Below, piece after piece: positions 31,401-38,223 of a DNA stretch of 60,583 nucleotides. The stretch is from positions 1 through 60,583 of the forward strand of contig CAYQMB010000004.1 in NCBI GenBank assembly GCA_964418565.1. The letters are read 5' to 3'. Position 1 is the stretch's first letter. The number at the start of each line of letters is the position of its first letter. The position numbers and the translations under genes were made by a program. Source of the DNA: an uncultured Bacteroidales bacterium. Lineage in GTDB: Bacteria > Bacteroidota > Bacteroidia > Bacteroidales > ML635J-15. A model generated the notes under the pieces. It saw nothing but the letters and a program-made list of their open reading frames with translations. It searched no databases and was not told the origin of the DNA.

Positions 31401-32971
31401 TTGGTGCTGATGTTGAAGTGTGTGATTATACAACCGTTACGCTTGATGCCGGTGCAGGTTACAATTACAACTGGTCTACAGGCGAGTTTACACAAACCAT
31501 CACACCCACAGTTTCCGATACCTATTCTGTTGTTGTTACAGATTCTGCATCGGGTTGTACAGCTACCGATCAGGTGCTTGTTACAATTAATGAGGCACCG
31601 GCTCTGACAACCAGCACAACGCCGGAATATGGTAGCAATGGTAATGATGGTACGGCTACTGTTTCTATCTCTGGTGGTGTTTCTCCATTCTCGACAATGT
31701 GGATTAACGGAGAAACCACAGAAACCATTACCGGTCTCAGTGGTGGAAGCTATAACGTAACTGTTCAAGATGCCAATGGTTGTACTGCAGCTGCCAGTGC
31801 TACTGTTAATACAGTGTTACTGCCACCGGTAACTGGCTTTACAGCCGATGTTACTGAAGGTTGTGCACCTCTTACAGTTAACTTTACGGATACAAGTACA
31901 AACAATCCGGTAAGCTGGACATGGAACTTTGGTGATGGTAATACTGCATCTGACCAAAACCCGACGCATACCTTTACCGATCCCGGTACCTACACGGTAG
32001 AACTTACTGCCACCAATGTGGACGGATCAGATAGTGAAACCATGATCATCACAGTTTATGATAATCCGGTGGTTGATCTTGGTGCTGATATCGATGCATG
32101 TATGGGCAGTACAGTTACCCTGGATGCCGGTGCTTATGCTGATTACATCTGGACAGGCGGCGAAACTACTCAGACAGTTGATCTCACATCAGATGCCGTT
32201 TATGGTGTTACTGTAACTGACGTAAACGGTTGCCAGGGAAGCGACGAGGTTAATGTTGCCTTCCATGCACTGCCCGATGTTGATCTTGGTGCTGACCAAA
32301 CCATCTGCGAAGGTGAAACGGTTACATTTGATGCCGGTACCGGTTATGATACATACAACTGGGCATCTGGTCAGGATACACAGACAATCACTGTGGGCAC
32401 ACAGGGTGAGTATGCTGTTGCCGTTACGGATACTTACGGATGCTCTGGTGGTGATACTGTCGCGTTGACAGTGAATCCGCTTCCGGTGCTTAACTTGCCG
32501 GACACAGCTATCTTAGCCTGTATCAATGATGTATTCGAATATACTCTTGAAAACACCTATGATGAAGTTATCTGGCCCGATGGCGAAACCGATCAGACAT
32601 ACAGTCATACATATACCGATGTCATGACAGATACGCTGTTAGTAACCGTTGGTAATAGTGGATGCTATGTAACAGATACCCTTATTGTGGATGCGCAATC
32701 CTGTAACTTTGTTGAAGAAAGCAAAGATATGAACCTCAGCCTTTACCCGAATCCGACATCTTCTGTTATTTATCTGGATATGAGTGGTTATCGTGGTGAG
32801 CTTGATGTACAGATTTTCAATGCGCAGGGTCAGCAGATTCGTGATGAATCTTATCAGTCTGATGGTGAGTTGAAACTTGATTTTGATATGTCACCATATG
32901 TACCTGGAGTGTATTTCTACAGAATAACTACTGAAGTTGAGACCTTCTATCATAAAGTGATAAGGCAATAA
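22436..32971 (+). CDS. Giant (3511 aa) T9SS-secreted lysyl-endopeptidase-like S1 serine protease with PKD, Ig-like and SprB-like repeats
   Basis: Signal peptide and propeptide; triad LTAFHC (His), SDFFLL (Asp), GGSSGSP (Ser); 6 PKD-like domains (PPxxxF...W.W.F.GG.P); 17 roughly 80-aa GPxC...TTGC repeats; 2 SprB-like repeats; CTD LYPNPTS...PGVYFYRI. Confidence 0.9.
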   Translation: MKFAKRFAFMARVMILFIIMGFAVNLNAQPSQGGTPPSFEEGRSINAVGNYSVDEISIYPPNVDALLLEDKNRGKNGLPPRVGTNVSVDAGLNTAGSWTTRPDGSRVWILKINSEGAIALNFIFDDFHLAPGTKMFMYNENKKQVLGAFTHNNNKEHGRFTTTKIQGETVFIEYFEPAKTVGTSRFHIESAGYFYNMSKQLARMTETYGDETSEKTVGASDDCEVNINCSPVGDDWQDEKRGVAQITFLAGGSWYLCTGSLVNNTNYDETPYFLTAFHCGAADATDTELLSWEFHFNYESPDCTDPAGEPATDDIIGATRIAEGNISGGSDFFLLQLESTPDGTFSPYYNGWDNSGTASATGAGIHHPAGDIKKISTYGSIAQSGSNNIGGDVMAANSSWSVTWESNANGWGVTEGGSSGSPLFRDNGLLIGTLTGGSSFCTDQTASDVYGRFEYHWTSNGGTAADQLEPWLDPANSGATTVGGYDPFATAPPTVDFTADRTNILEGDAVNYTDLSLSPSGPITGWSWAFDGGTPNTSTDENPANIVYNTAGEYDVSLAATNANGTSEDTAYNYINVIDPTVTTCDTFSQWCCNPSIYTSAEGYTSGTNEYGIQEVAEYFPDAYPYNTVTGARFYFAQVTSGTNPDITFKVYSDNAGQPDQVLTSTTVSLSTIETAFNADGYYDLVLPESVAYPDNAFYIGFTVPGTQASGDTIALVTNDDGDSDANTGYSLYDGTWETYSAWGMSLQNMVFPNVCHDVSLPPVASFEGVPQMVNAGSSVAFTDLSFGGTPTSWEWTFPGAATNSSTQQNPSITYNTPGVYDVKLVVSNANGADSITRSAYITVVDPNTCSCSQLGHVVGGEVLYTTGDGYLAGTNGYTDNAKAEYFDDYGSATKLEGAYFHFGRAYAANTGTMITFNVYADDGGASAAGTYTYSPGTILETVTVPLDDIVTDVNNGDSTYIAFDPPMDITGNFFIGYEIPYAGDSLGLMTGAQDAGTDDGWEQWSDNDWYSMTGAGWGGSFNMAIYPVVCTEGAPLPEFSADNTTIMTGGTVNFTDMSTCGATGWDWTFDGGTPATSTNQNPSVVYNTPGTFDVSLVSSNAQGSNPMQKSNYITVLQPIVWWDFPGNPDDALSDGGITANDGTKSITVAGGVDAPTFDAGGATTQAAEASGWDAGANTKAWVVEFETTNYVNLKLSSKQSGENRSPQDFKIQYSLDNATWTDVAGGTITVAQDWTTGVVNSLSLPAACENQASVYIRWIMTSNTGIGGNIQGNRSSFIDDIYVVGELSAIPPVADFSADQTTVCEGATVNFTDLSTESPTSWSWTFNGGTPATSTAQNPSVAYNTAGTYEVSLSVTNSVGGDTETKTGYITVNTNPTVSASNTGPYCETETIQLGATGSGGDTWAWTGPDGFTNTAEDPSIANATLAMAGDYTVTHTNSTTGCSAQATTAVTVNANPGVTTSYNGPICEGDDLLLNATPGTAGLDIAWSGPDGFTSTIEDPSITAVTTAADGNYTVVATDPGTGCSSQSTIYAFVNANPTLTASNTGAYCSGEDIQLNATGSGATSYSWAGPDGFTSTNEDPLIVSSTTAMAGTYTVELENTTTGCIATATTDVVVNQTPDITAANSGPLCEGADLTLNATTSFAGMDFSWTGPDTYSSIAEDPVIVGATTAADGTYTVVVTDPGSGCSNTATTAATVNANPTLNAANAGPYCAGETIQLSATGSGGSAYSWTGPDGFSSTAEDPTIASATTAMAGTYTVTLENTTTGCNTSATTDVTVNPQPDITAANDGPVCAGEDLTLNATNISGGVDYAWSGPGFTSTIEDPVITAATTAADGSYTIVVTDQVTGCTSSASTTAVVNANPTISAANDGPVCAGETVNLTATGSGGDVYNWNGPDTYTSSVQNPSITNIQPINAGTYTVSLENSTTGCVSSATTDITVNPLPVISSIGNTGLYCENDNAQLNSTVSGGDTYAWSGPDGFTSNVEDPAINNIQLVNAGVYTLNYSNSTTGCAAVSQTTTVDVNALPTVTPSNTGPYCEGDAIQLEGNTIAGATYAWSGPNSYSSTQEDPVISGAALSDAGTYTLEITSADGCTALSTTDVVVDANPIVDLGADVTQCSGTNLTLDAGAGFATYSWSTGATSQTITVNTAATYSVTVSNASGCTDIDALVFDYYPETTLTMSSTNESSAGANDGSATATPSGTSPFDYLWDTGETTQTITGLAGGLYYVTVTDGNGCEVIDFVNVATDNTPPVADFSADAVNVCAGTIINFTDLSTNSPTSWSWDFDGGATNTTVQNPSVEFAAPGTYDISLTVTNADGSDTETKTGYITVYANPSISASNAGPYCEGNDVQLNATGSGGDAYTWSGPNGFNSTTEDPVITAAGLSAAGTYTVELLNTSTGCVSTATTDVTINTNPTVSASNTGAYCEGEDVQISATGSGGDTYSWTGPDAFTATGSTQTITSATTAADGIYEVTYENSTTGCFATAQTTVVVNPNPTLSASNTGEYCPGEVIELNATGSNGNSYEWNGPDGFNSFVENPTITNAQAINAGIYTVDLTNTITGCQASATTNVVVNSVPDITASNSGPYCDGDDVVLNAESVSGDAFIWNGPNGFSSGAEDPVITAAGTAYDGTYTVVVSNSTTGCTANATTTVAVNANPALSASNTGPYCEGDDIALNATGSGGTVYSWNGPDGFTSTSEDPVITGSLAANAGDYFVTLENSGTGCAATVSTTVNVNPNPVVMASNSGPYCAGETAELSATGSGGDTYTWSGPDSYSNSGQNISITGANVANSGTYTVNLENTTTGCVASANTVLEVNAVPTATVSNTGAYCEGDDVQLNSSVSGGDTWNWAGPNGYTSTSSDPLIASATTSEGGSYTLTYSNSSTGCSVTASTNVVVNSNPVLIADNDGPACVGDVINLSAMGSGGTDYAWTGPNTYSSTDQNPVISGAALGDAGTYDVVLTNTTTGCQASASTVVEVNANPTVDLGADVEVCDYTTVTLDAGAGYNYNWSTGEFTQTITPTVSDTYSVVVTDSASGCTATDQVLVTINEAPALTTSTTPEYGSNGNDGTATVSISGGVSPFSTMWINGETTETITGLSGGSYNVTVQDANGCTAAASATVNTVLLPPVTGFTADVTEGCAPLTVNFTDTSTNNPVSWTWNFGDGNTASDQNPTHTFTDPGTYTVELTATNVDGSDSETMIITVYDNPVVDLGADIDACMGSTVTLDAGAYADYIWTGGETTQTVDLTSDAVYGVTVTDVNGCQGSDEVNVAFHALPDVDLGADQTICEGETVTFDAGTGYDTYNWASGQDTQTITVGTQGEYAVAVTDTYGCSGGDTVALTVNPLPVLNLPDTAILACINDVFEYTLENTYDEVIWPDGETDQTYSHTYTDVMTDTLLVTVGNSGCYVTDTLIVDAQSCNFVEESKDMNLSLYPNPTSSVIYLDMSGYRGELDVQIFNAQGQQIRDESYQSDGELKLDFDMSPYVPGVYFYRITTEVETFYHKVIRQ

Positions 32972-32984
32972 CTTTTCTCTAAGC

Positions 32985-33026
32985 AAACAAAAGGCAGGGT
33001 GAATTTTTTCATCCTGCCTTTTTGTT
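32985..33026 (+). terminator. Intrinsic terminator
   Basis: AAAAGGCAGGGTGAA-ttt-TTCATCCTGCCTTTTT. Confidence 0.85.
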
Positions 33027-33379
33027 TAAATAAATTTGTGCATTCATTGTTTAGGCTGTAATTGAAACTGAAGCAAAGGAGGGTTGGATTTAAACGTTTT
33101 TATATTTGGAAATGCTGTAGTAGCTATTTTATTATCACTTTTTTCTTCCTGCTTTTCAGGATTCCCTGCATCCTCATTGATTTCATTTATTTAAGATGTC
33201 TCTGATCCGCAGAATACCACAAACGATATTATGCTCAGAGCGATAAGCATTTTGTGTGTGTCAATCATAATGTATAGGTATTGTGGTTTCATTGCAAAGG
33301 GATAAAGATATTCCTGCGCATGTTAAATAGAGATAACCAGCATGTTGTGTCATAAACTGACGGGTATTGAGCAGAAATT

Positions 33380-35002
33380 TCACCTGTTATCGTTGGTGGT
33401 GTCAACCTGCTGATTTATCTGACACAGGTTTCGACATACATGCTCTGCAAAGCCTGCTCCTGCTTCTGATTTGATATTGTAAGCCGAGTGTACACCGTTT
33501 TTTTTGAGTTCATTCACTTCATCATCATAAAGCCCTGTTGCTGCAATCATACCGTCAAAATTAATGCGATTAAGCCGCTCAAGTGCATACATATTGGATT
33601 TGTGATCACCCATGCAAAGCATAACGAGCTGTACCTGATGAGACTGTATGCGATTAAAATTGATGCGTTCCCAGAAATCCATATCGGTTGCATCATCATG
33701 GATCACCTGACGCCCTGCATTTTTATGTTCCTGTACCTTGTCTTCATCGTAATCAAGCCCCAGCACTTTGCGACCATAGGTTTTAATTAATGTATCGTAT
33801 GTACTGGTCCCAAAACTGCCCATGCCGAAAATTAAAATTTCTGCTTCCCCGATATCGTAGGTTCTGTCGTATGATAATCGTTTTGTTTGCTGGAATTTGA
33901 TAAGTGAGTTATGAAACCGTGTTATCAACGCATAGGATCTGACGTTCAGGGGAGCGGCGATGATAAAGCTTATGGTTAATGCCAGGGCGATGATGGTTAC
34001 CCACTCATTGGGTATCCATTGATTTGCAGCTCCTACGGATGCTACAATCAGGCCAAATTCACTAAAGTTAGCAAGGGTAAGTGAGGATAAAAATGCCGTT
34101 CTTGCGCGAAGTTTAAACCGCGTTAATACCAAAAAATACAGCGGTACTTTAACGAGGATGGCTGTAACAACTATCAGGGAGGCTATCAGGACAGCCGGTG
34201 TTATTTTCCCTGACATACCCACCGTTAAAAAGAATCCAATCAGAAAAATATCCTTGAATTTCAGGAGGTCTTTGGACATTTCTTCTGATTTTGCATGACC
34301 TGCAAGCATCATGCCCATTACCAGTGCTCCCAGGTCAGCTTTTATGCCTGCAAATTCAAACAAAGCTCCGCCTGCAACAACAGCTGCAAAAAAGCCAAAC
34401 AGAATCATAAGCTCACCATGGCCCGAATGTTTCAGGATGTATTGCATGACAGGTTTTAGCACCAGTATAGCAAGAGGAAGCCCTAAAGCATAAAGGTTGG
34501 GGGTTTTTCCGGCAGCAAAAACCAGAAACAAAACCGCAAAAATATCCTGCATGATCAATAAGCCTATGGATACTTTTCCATGCAGAGAATCTACCTCGCC
34601 TTTATCTTCAAGAACCTTAACAGCAAATACGGTAGAAGAGAAACTCATGGCAAAAGCAATAATTCCGGCTGTGGTCCATGTTAAGTCTGCAAATGTTTTC
34701 AGGCCAGTCATGCTAAGCAGGAAGACACCCACGAAAATCCCCATGGATGATAGGATCATATGTATTCCTGCACCTGCCCAAATCTCGGGATGTAACAGGT
34801 TTTTGATTTTTAGTTTTAAACCAATGGTGAAAAGCAGCAGCATAATTCCCAGGTCTGAAATTTCCTCAATGACAGGACCGCTTTCAATTCCGAGAAAGCT
34901 GAGACCAAATCCGGCCAGCAGGTAACCCAGCATAGGTGGAAGCCCAATCCGGCTTATTAAAAATCCTAAAGCAAAAGCTATGCCTATCCATAGAGGTTCC
35001 AT
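33380..35002 (-). CDS. CPA2 cation:proton antiporter (KefB/KefC-like) with C-terminal TrkA-N/KTN domain
   Basis: LPPMLGYLLAG, GIMLLLFTIGL, SFSSTVFAVKVL, SEFGLIV; IFGMGSFG Rossmann motif and HDDATD. Confidence 0.88.
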   Translation of the reverse strand: MEPLWIGIAFALGFLISRIGLPPMLGYLLAGFGLSFLGIESGPVIEEISDLGIMLLLFTIGLKLKIKNLLHPEIWAGAGIHMILSSMGIFVGVFLLSMTGLKTFADLTWTTAGIIAFAMSFSSTVFAVKVLEDKGEVDSLHGKVSIGLLIMQDIFAVLFLVFAAGKTPNLYALGLPLAILVLKPVMQYILKHSGHGELMILFGFFAAVVAGGALFEFAGIKADLGALVMGMMLAGHAKSEEMSKDLLKFKDIFLIGFFLTVGMSGKITPAVLIASLIVVTAILVKVPLYFLVLTRFKLRARTAFLSSLTLANFSEFGLIVASVGAANQWIPNEWVTIIALALTISFIIAAPLNVRSYALITRFHNSLIKFQQTKRLSYDRTYDIGEAEILIFGMGSFGTSTYDTLIKTYGRKVLGLDYDEDKVQEHKNAGRQVIHDDATDMDFWERINFNRIQSHQVQLVMLCMGDHKSNMYALERLNRINFDGMIAATGLYDDEVNELKKNGVHSAYNIKSEAGAGFAEHVCRNLCQINQQVDTTNDNR

Positions 35003-35159
35003 ACAGCAAAATTACACTATTTTTTTTCTTTTCCGAAGGGTTCCATCATATTGTCAGCATATTGGATTGAAGATTTGATGTTTCTCACACAAGTTTGTTG
35101 AAGGTTTAAGTAGGATTTTAGCTATTAAACTATTACATTTGTTAAAAGAATGCGTGAGT

Positions 35160-36107
35160 ATGGCTGTTGTTTTTAGACTACCGGATGGTAAAGCATTTAA
35201 GCTATCAGATATTGCACATATCCTGAAAATGCAAACCGTAAAAGGATTTTCATTGGGAAATATTTTCCTGACAGCGCTTTTTGCTGCGCTTTCTCATATT
35301 TTTATTGATATTCGCTTTGAACCTTATGGGTTTGCCTATTACCCTCAGGATGTTAAAGTCAGCCTTTCAGTGGGGTATGGTGTTATAATGGGCATGGGCC
35401 TGTACCTGGGGCATAATCTGATTCCGGGTAAAAAGCTCTTTTGGCATGTATGGAAAGAATTATTGTTCTGGATTGCATTAATCTTTGGTATTACCACCAT
35501 TAATTTTGTTTACAGATACGTTCTTTTGCATAAGGTTTTTGATATTTATGATATTTACAGTATTGGTTATATAAGATTTTTGTTTGTTGGCGTAGAAGTT
35601 GTAGGCATAACCGCTTTGCTCTTAAAGTTTTTTCAAACCATGCTTATTAAATCTGATATGATAAAGGCTGTAGTTGACAGTCCCGGACGATTGGATAAAA
35701 ATCCGCATTATAGTATAACCCAGGATTTAAAATCACAGATTTATCACGTTACCTTAATGGGTAAAAACAAAAATGAAAAACTCAAGCTACCCCTTAATTC
35801 TATTGTTTATCTACATTCGACGGGTAATTATGTTGAGGTATATTACGAGAATGGGGAGGATACAGATCAATATAGTAAGGTTATGATCAGACAAAGCCTT
35901 TCATCCGTGGAAAAACAGTTGTCAGATGAAGATTGTATTGCCAGAATTCACAAATCTTATCTTATCAATAAAAATAAGCTTACAGATGTGAAGGGAAATT
36001 CTAAAAAAGCAGTGCTTGTGATTAATGGGAATATTGATTTGCCATTACGGCGTGATTTGTTTAACCTCTACAAGCAACAATCACAAAATGTTGCAAAGCT
36101 GCAATAG
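35160..36107 (+). CDS. Membrane-anchored LytTR-domain transcriptional regulator
   Basis: Four N-terminal TM segments; C-terminal IVYLHSTGNYVEV...RIHKSYLIN. Start moved to ATG 35160 because TTG 35139 overlaps a TACATTTG element (35134-35141). Confidence 0.85.
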   Translation: MAVVFRLPDGKAFKLSDIAHILKMQTVKGFSLGNIFLTALFAALSHIFIDIRFEPYGFAYYPQDVKVSLSVGYGVIMGMGLYLGHNLIPGKKLFWHVWKELLFWIALIFGITTINFVYRYVLLHKVFDIYDIYSIGYIRFLFVGVEVVGITALLLKFFQTMLIKSDMIKAVVDSPGRLDKNPHYSITQDLKSQIYHVTLMGKNKNEKLKLPLNSIVYLHSTGNYVEVYYENGEDTDQYSKVMIRQSLSSVEKQLSDEDCIARIHKSYLINKNKLTDVKGNSKKAVLVINGNIDLPLRRDLFNLYKQQSQNVAKLQ

Positions 36108-36189
36108 TACAAGCCTCGGAGATGCTTCCCATTTCGTCACAAATCTACCCTGATGGTCATTTCTTTGAATAATGAGTGAATATTTTACG

Positions 36190-36197
36190 TACATTTG
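36190..36197 (+). promoter_or_regulatory. Orphan -7 element (TACATTTG) downstream of the LytTR gene
   Basis: TAnnTTTG match with no plus-strand gene following. Confidence 0.35.
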
Positions 36198-36277
36198 ACG
36201 TTAGAAAAAGCAAACACGAAAAACACAAACACGGAAAAAGCAACCAAGGTAAACTACAATTAATACAATTTCATGTT

Positions 36278-36321
36278 AAAAAAAGGGAGTGCTGTTTTAA
36301 TGGTTAGTGCCTCCCTTTTTT
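36278..36321. terminator. Bidirectional terminator-like hairpin
   Basis: A7-GGGAG...CTCCC-T6, overlapping the stop of the convergent gene. Confidence 0.65.
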
Positions 36322-36857
36322 CTTTTGTTTACAATCAACAAATAATCAAAAATGATAATCATGCAAACAATGATGCTGGCAGATAAAAGTATGGATTTTG
36401 CAGAACTGCTCACCTGAAGATAGCGCACCAATACCACGCCGGCTTTTTTATAGTGAGAAAGAGAAAACACTATCCCCAGATTTTCAGCATAATCAAAAAT
36501 TACAGTGAGAAGTACCAGCCATAATCCGGCATTGGAAACGCTTTCTCTTTTACCGAAGCGTAAAATCAACAAATAAATAAGTCCGCCGTAAAACAAGGGG
36601 AAAATCATATCCAGACTTGTACTTAAATAGTGCACGAACCGGGTTTCTGCTGTGTAAGCTTCAAAATATGCCTTATACACTGATAATTCTGCAAATGCAA
36701 GGCTGTCAAGTAAGCCGGCTCCGCTGCTGGCTTTTATTGTGGGTGTGATCAGCAGGACAAATAAAAGCTCCGATAATATTACCAGGAGAGCGAAACCTGC
36801 AATCCGCTTAAGGCTTGCTGGTTTTGCAATGGTATTGATACGTTTAATGATATTCAT
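36297..36857 (-). CDS. Hypothetical 4-TM membrane protein
   Basis: Hydrophobic segments; LDMIFPLFYG and FDYAENL motifs. Confidence 0.7.
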   Translation of the reverse strand: MNIIKRINTIAKPASLKRIAGFALLVILSELLFVLLITPTIKASSGAGLLDSLAFAELSVYKAYFEAYTAETRFVHYLSTSLDMIFPLFYGGLIYLLILRFGKRESVSNAGLWLVLLTVIFDYAENLGIVFSLSHYKKAGVVLVRYLQVSSSAKSILLSASIIVCMIIIFDYLLIVNKRKKGGTNH

Positions 36858-36938
36858 ACCTTAACTATTAAAGCATGACAACAGGTTATGACTTTTTTGC
36901 TATCTGCAATTTATGTACCATAATGCCAGACCAGGTGT

Positions 36939-38204
36939 CTATTTTGATAAGTTTTTAATTTTTTCCTGAATTTTTTGCTCTGTAGGGTTGCTTCCGGCTT
37001 TGTAAAAACGTATCGCTTTTACATTTTCGGGGAGGTATTGTTGCTGAACAAAGTTTCCCTTAAAATCATGCGGATATTGGTAATCCTTTCCGTAATCAAG
37101 CTGCTTCATCAGTTTAGTTGGTGCATTACGCAAGTGTAGCGGAACCGGTGCCGGCGGATTTTTGCGTACGTAATCCAAGGCCTGATCAATTGCCAGGTAA
37201 ACTGAATTGCTTTTTGCTGAAGCTGCCAGGTAAACGCTGCATTCTGCCAGTACAATACGTGCTTCCGGCATACCGATTTTGTGCACGGCATCAAAAGTGG
37301 CATTGGCGATGTTAAGTGCCTGTGGATTTGCCAGTCCGATATCTTCCGCCGCAAGTATGATCAGCCTTCGGGCAATAAACTCAGGTTTTTCACCACCATC
37401 AAGCATGCGCGCAAGCCAGTATATGGCTGCATCAGGATCAGAACCCCTTACAGACTTTATAAATGCTGAGATGATGTCATAATGCTGCTCCCCGGCTTTG
37501 TCATAGGTGGCTGTGTTCTCCTGCAGTTTTTTTTCCACCAGCTCATTGGTGATGATTAGCGGGGTGTCATCCACTGCATTCATCAGCAATTCCAGAATAT
37601 TTAAAAGTTTACGGGCATCGCCTCCGGAAAAGCGGTACAATGCTGCTTTTTCTTTGATGCTTGCTTGTCGCCTGGATAATTCTGAATCCTTTTCAATCGT
37701 GTAGGCTACAAGTTTATCCAGAGCCCCTTCGTCCAAAGGTTTTAAAACATACACCTGAGCTCTCGAAAGCAGAGGAGTGATAACTTCAAAGCTGGGGTTT
37801 TCAGTGGTCGCGCCAATCAAAACAAATGTTCCGTTTTCTACGGCAGCCAGAAGTGAATCCTGCTGGGATTTACTAAAGCGATGGATCTCATCAATAAAAA
37901 GCACCGGCGGTTTTGGGTTAAACATACGGCCCGATTCGGCCTTTTTTATGGTTTCGCGTACATCTTTTACCCCTGAATTAACAGCACTCAGGGTGTAAAA
38001 AGGCCGGTCTTCGCCTGTGAGCATACGGGCAAGTGTGGTTTTACCCACTCCCGGTGGTCCCCACAATATCATGGATGGGATTTTGCCGCTTTCCATGGCT
38101 TTGCGTAAAGGCGCATTATTACCTGTAAGGTGTTCCTGCCCGAATACGTTGTCGAGGGTTCGCGGACGCATGCGCTCGGCTAAGGGTATGTATGATGTTT
38201 GCAT
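36939..38204 (-). CDS. rarA: Replication-associated recombination protein A (AAA+ ATPase, MgsA)
   Basis: PLAERMRP, GPPGVGKTT, FIDEIHRF, ISAFIKSVRGSDPDAA, AEDIGLANP. Confidence 0.96.
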   Translation of the reverse strand: MQTSYIPLAERMRPRTLDNVFGQEHLTGNNAPLRKAMESGKIPSMILWGPPGVGKTTLARMLTGEDRPFYTLSAVNSGVKDVRETIKKAESGRMFNPKPPVLFIDEIHRFSKSQQDSLLAAVENGTFVLIGATTENPSFEVITPLLSRAQVYVLKPLDEGALDKLVAYTIEKDSELSRRQASIKEKAALYRFSGGDARKLLNILELLMNAVDDTPLIITNELVEKKLQENTATYDKAGEQHYDIISAFIKSVRGSDPDAAIYWLARMLDGGEKPEFIARRLIILAAEDIGLANPQALNIANATFDAVHKIGMPEARIVLAECSVYLAASAKSNSVYLAIDQALDYVRKNPPAPVPLHLRNAPTKLMKQLDYGKDYQYPHDFKGNFVQQQYLPENVKAIRFYKAGSNPTEQKIQEKIKNLSK

Positions 38205-38223
38205 GAAGCAAAAATAATAAACT

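Noticed and set aside
22436-32971. CRISPR array or DNA-level tandem repeat in the giant gene
   Set aside because: The repeats are diverged, codon-phased protein repeats of about 80 aa, not constant repeats with unique spacers. No CRISPR array or cas gene was seen anywhere in the window.
33190-33295. Short hydrophobic minus-strand ORF (MKPQYLYIMIDTHKMLIALSIISFVVFCGSETS)
   Set aside because: Only 33 aa, no promoter match or family support; cannot be distinguished from chance.
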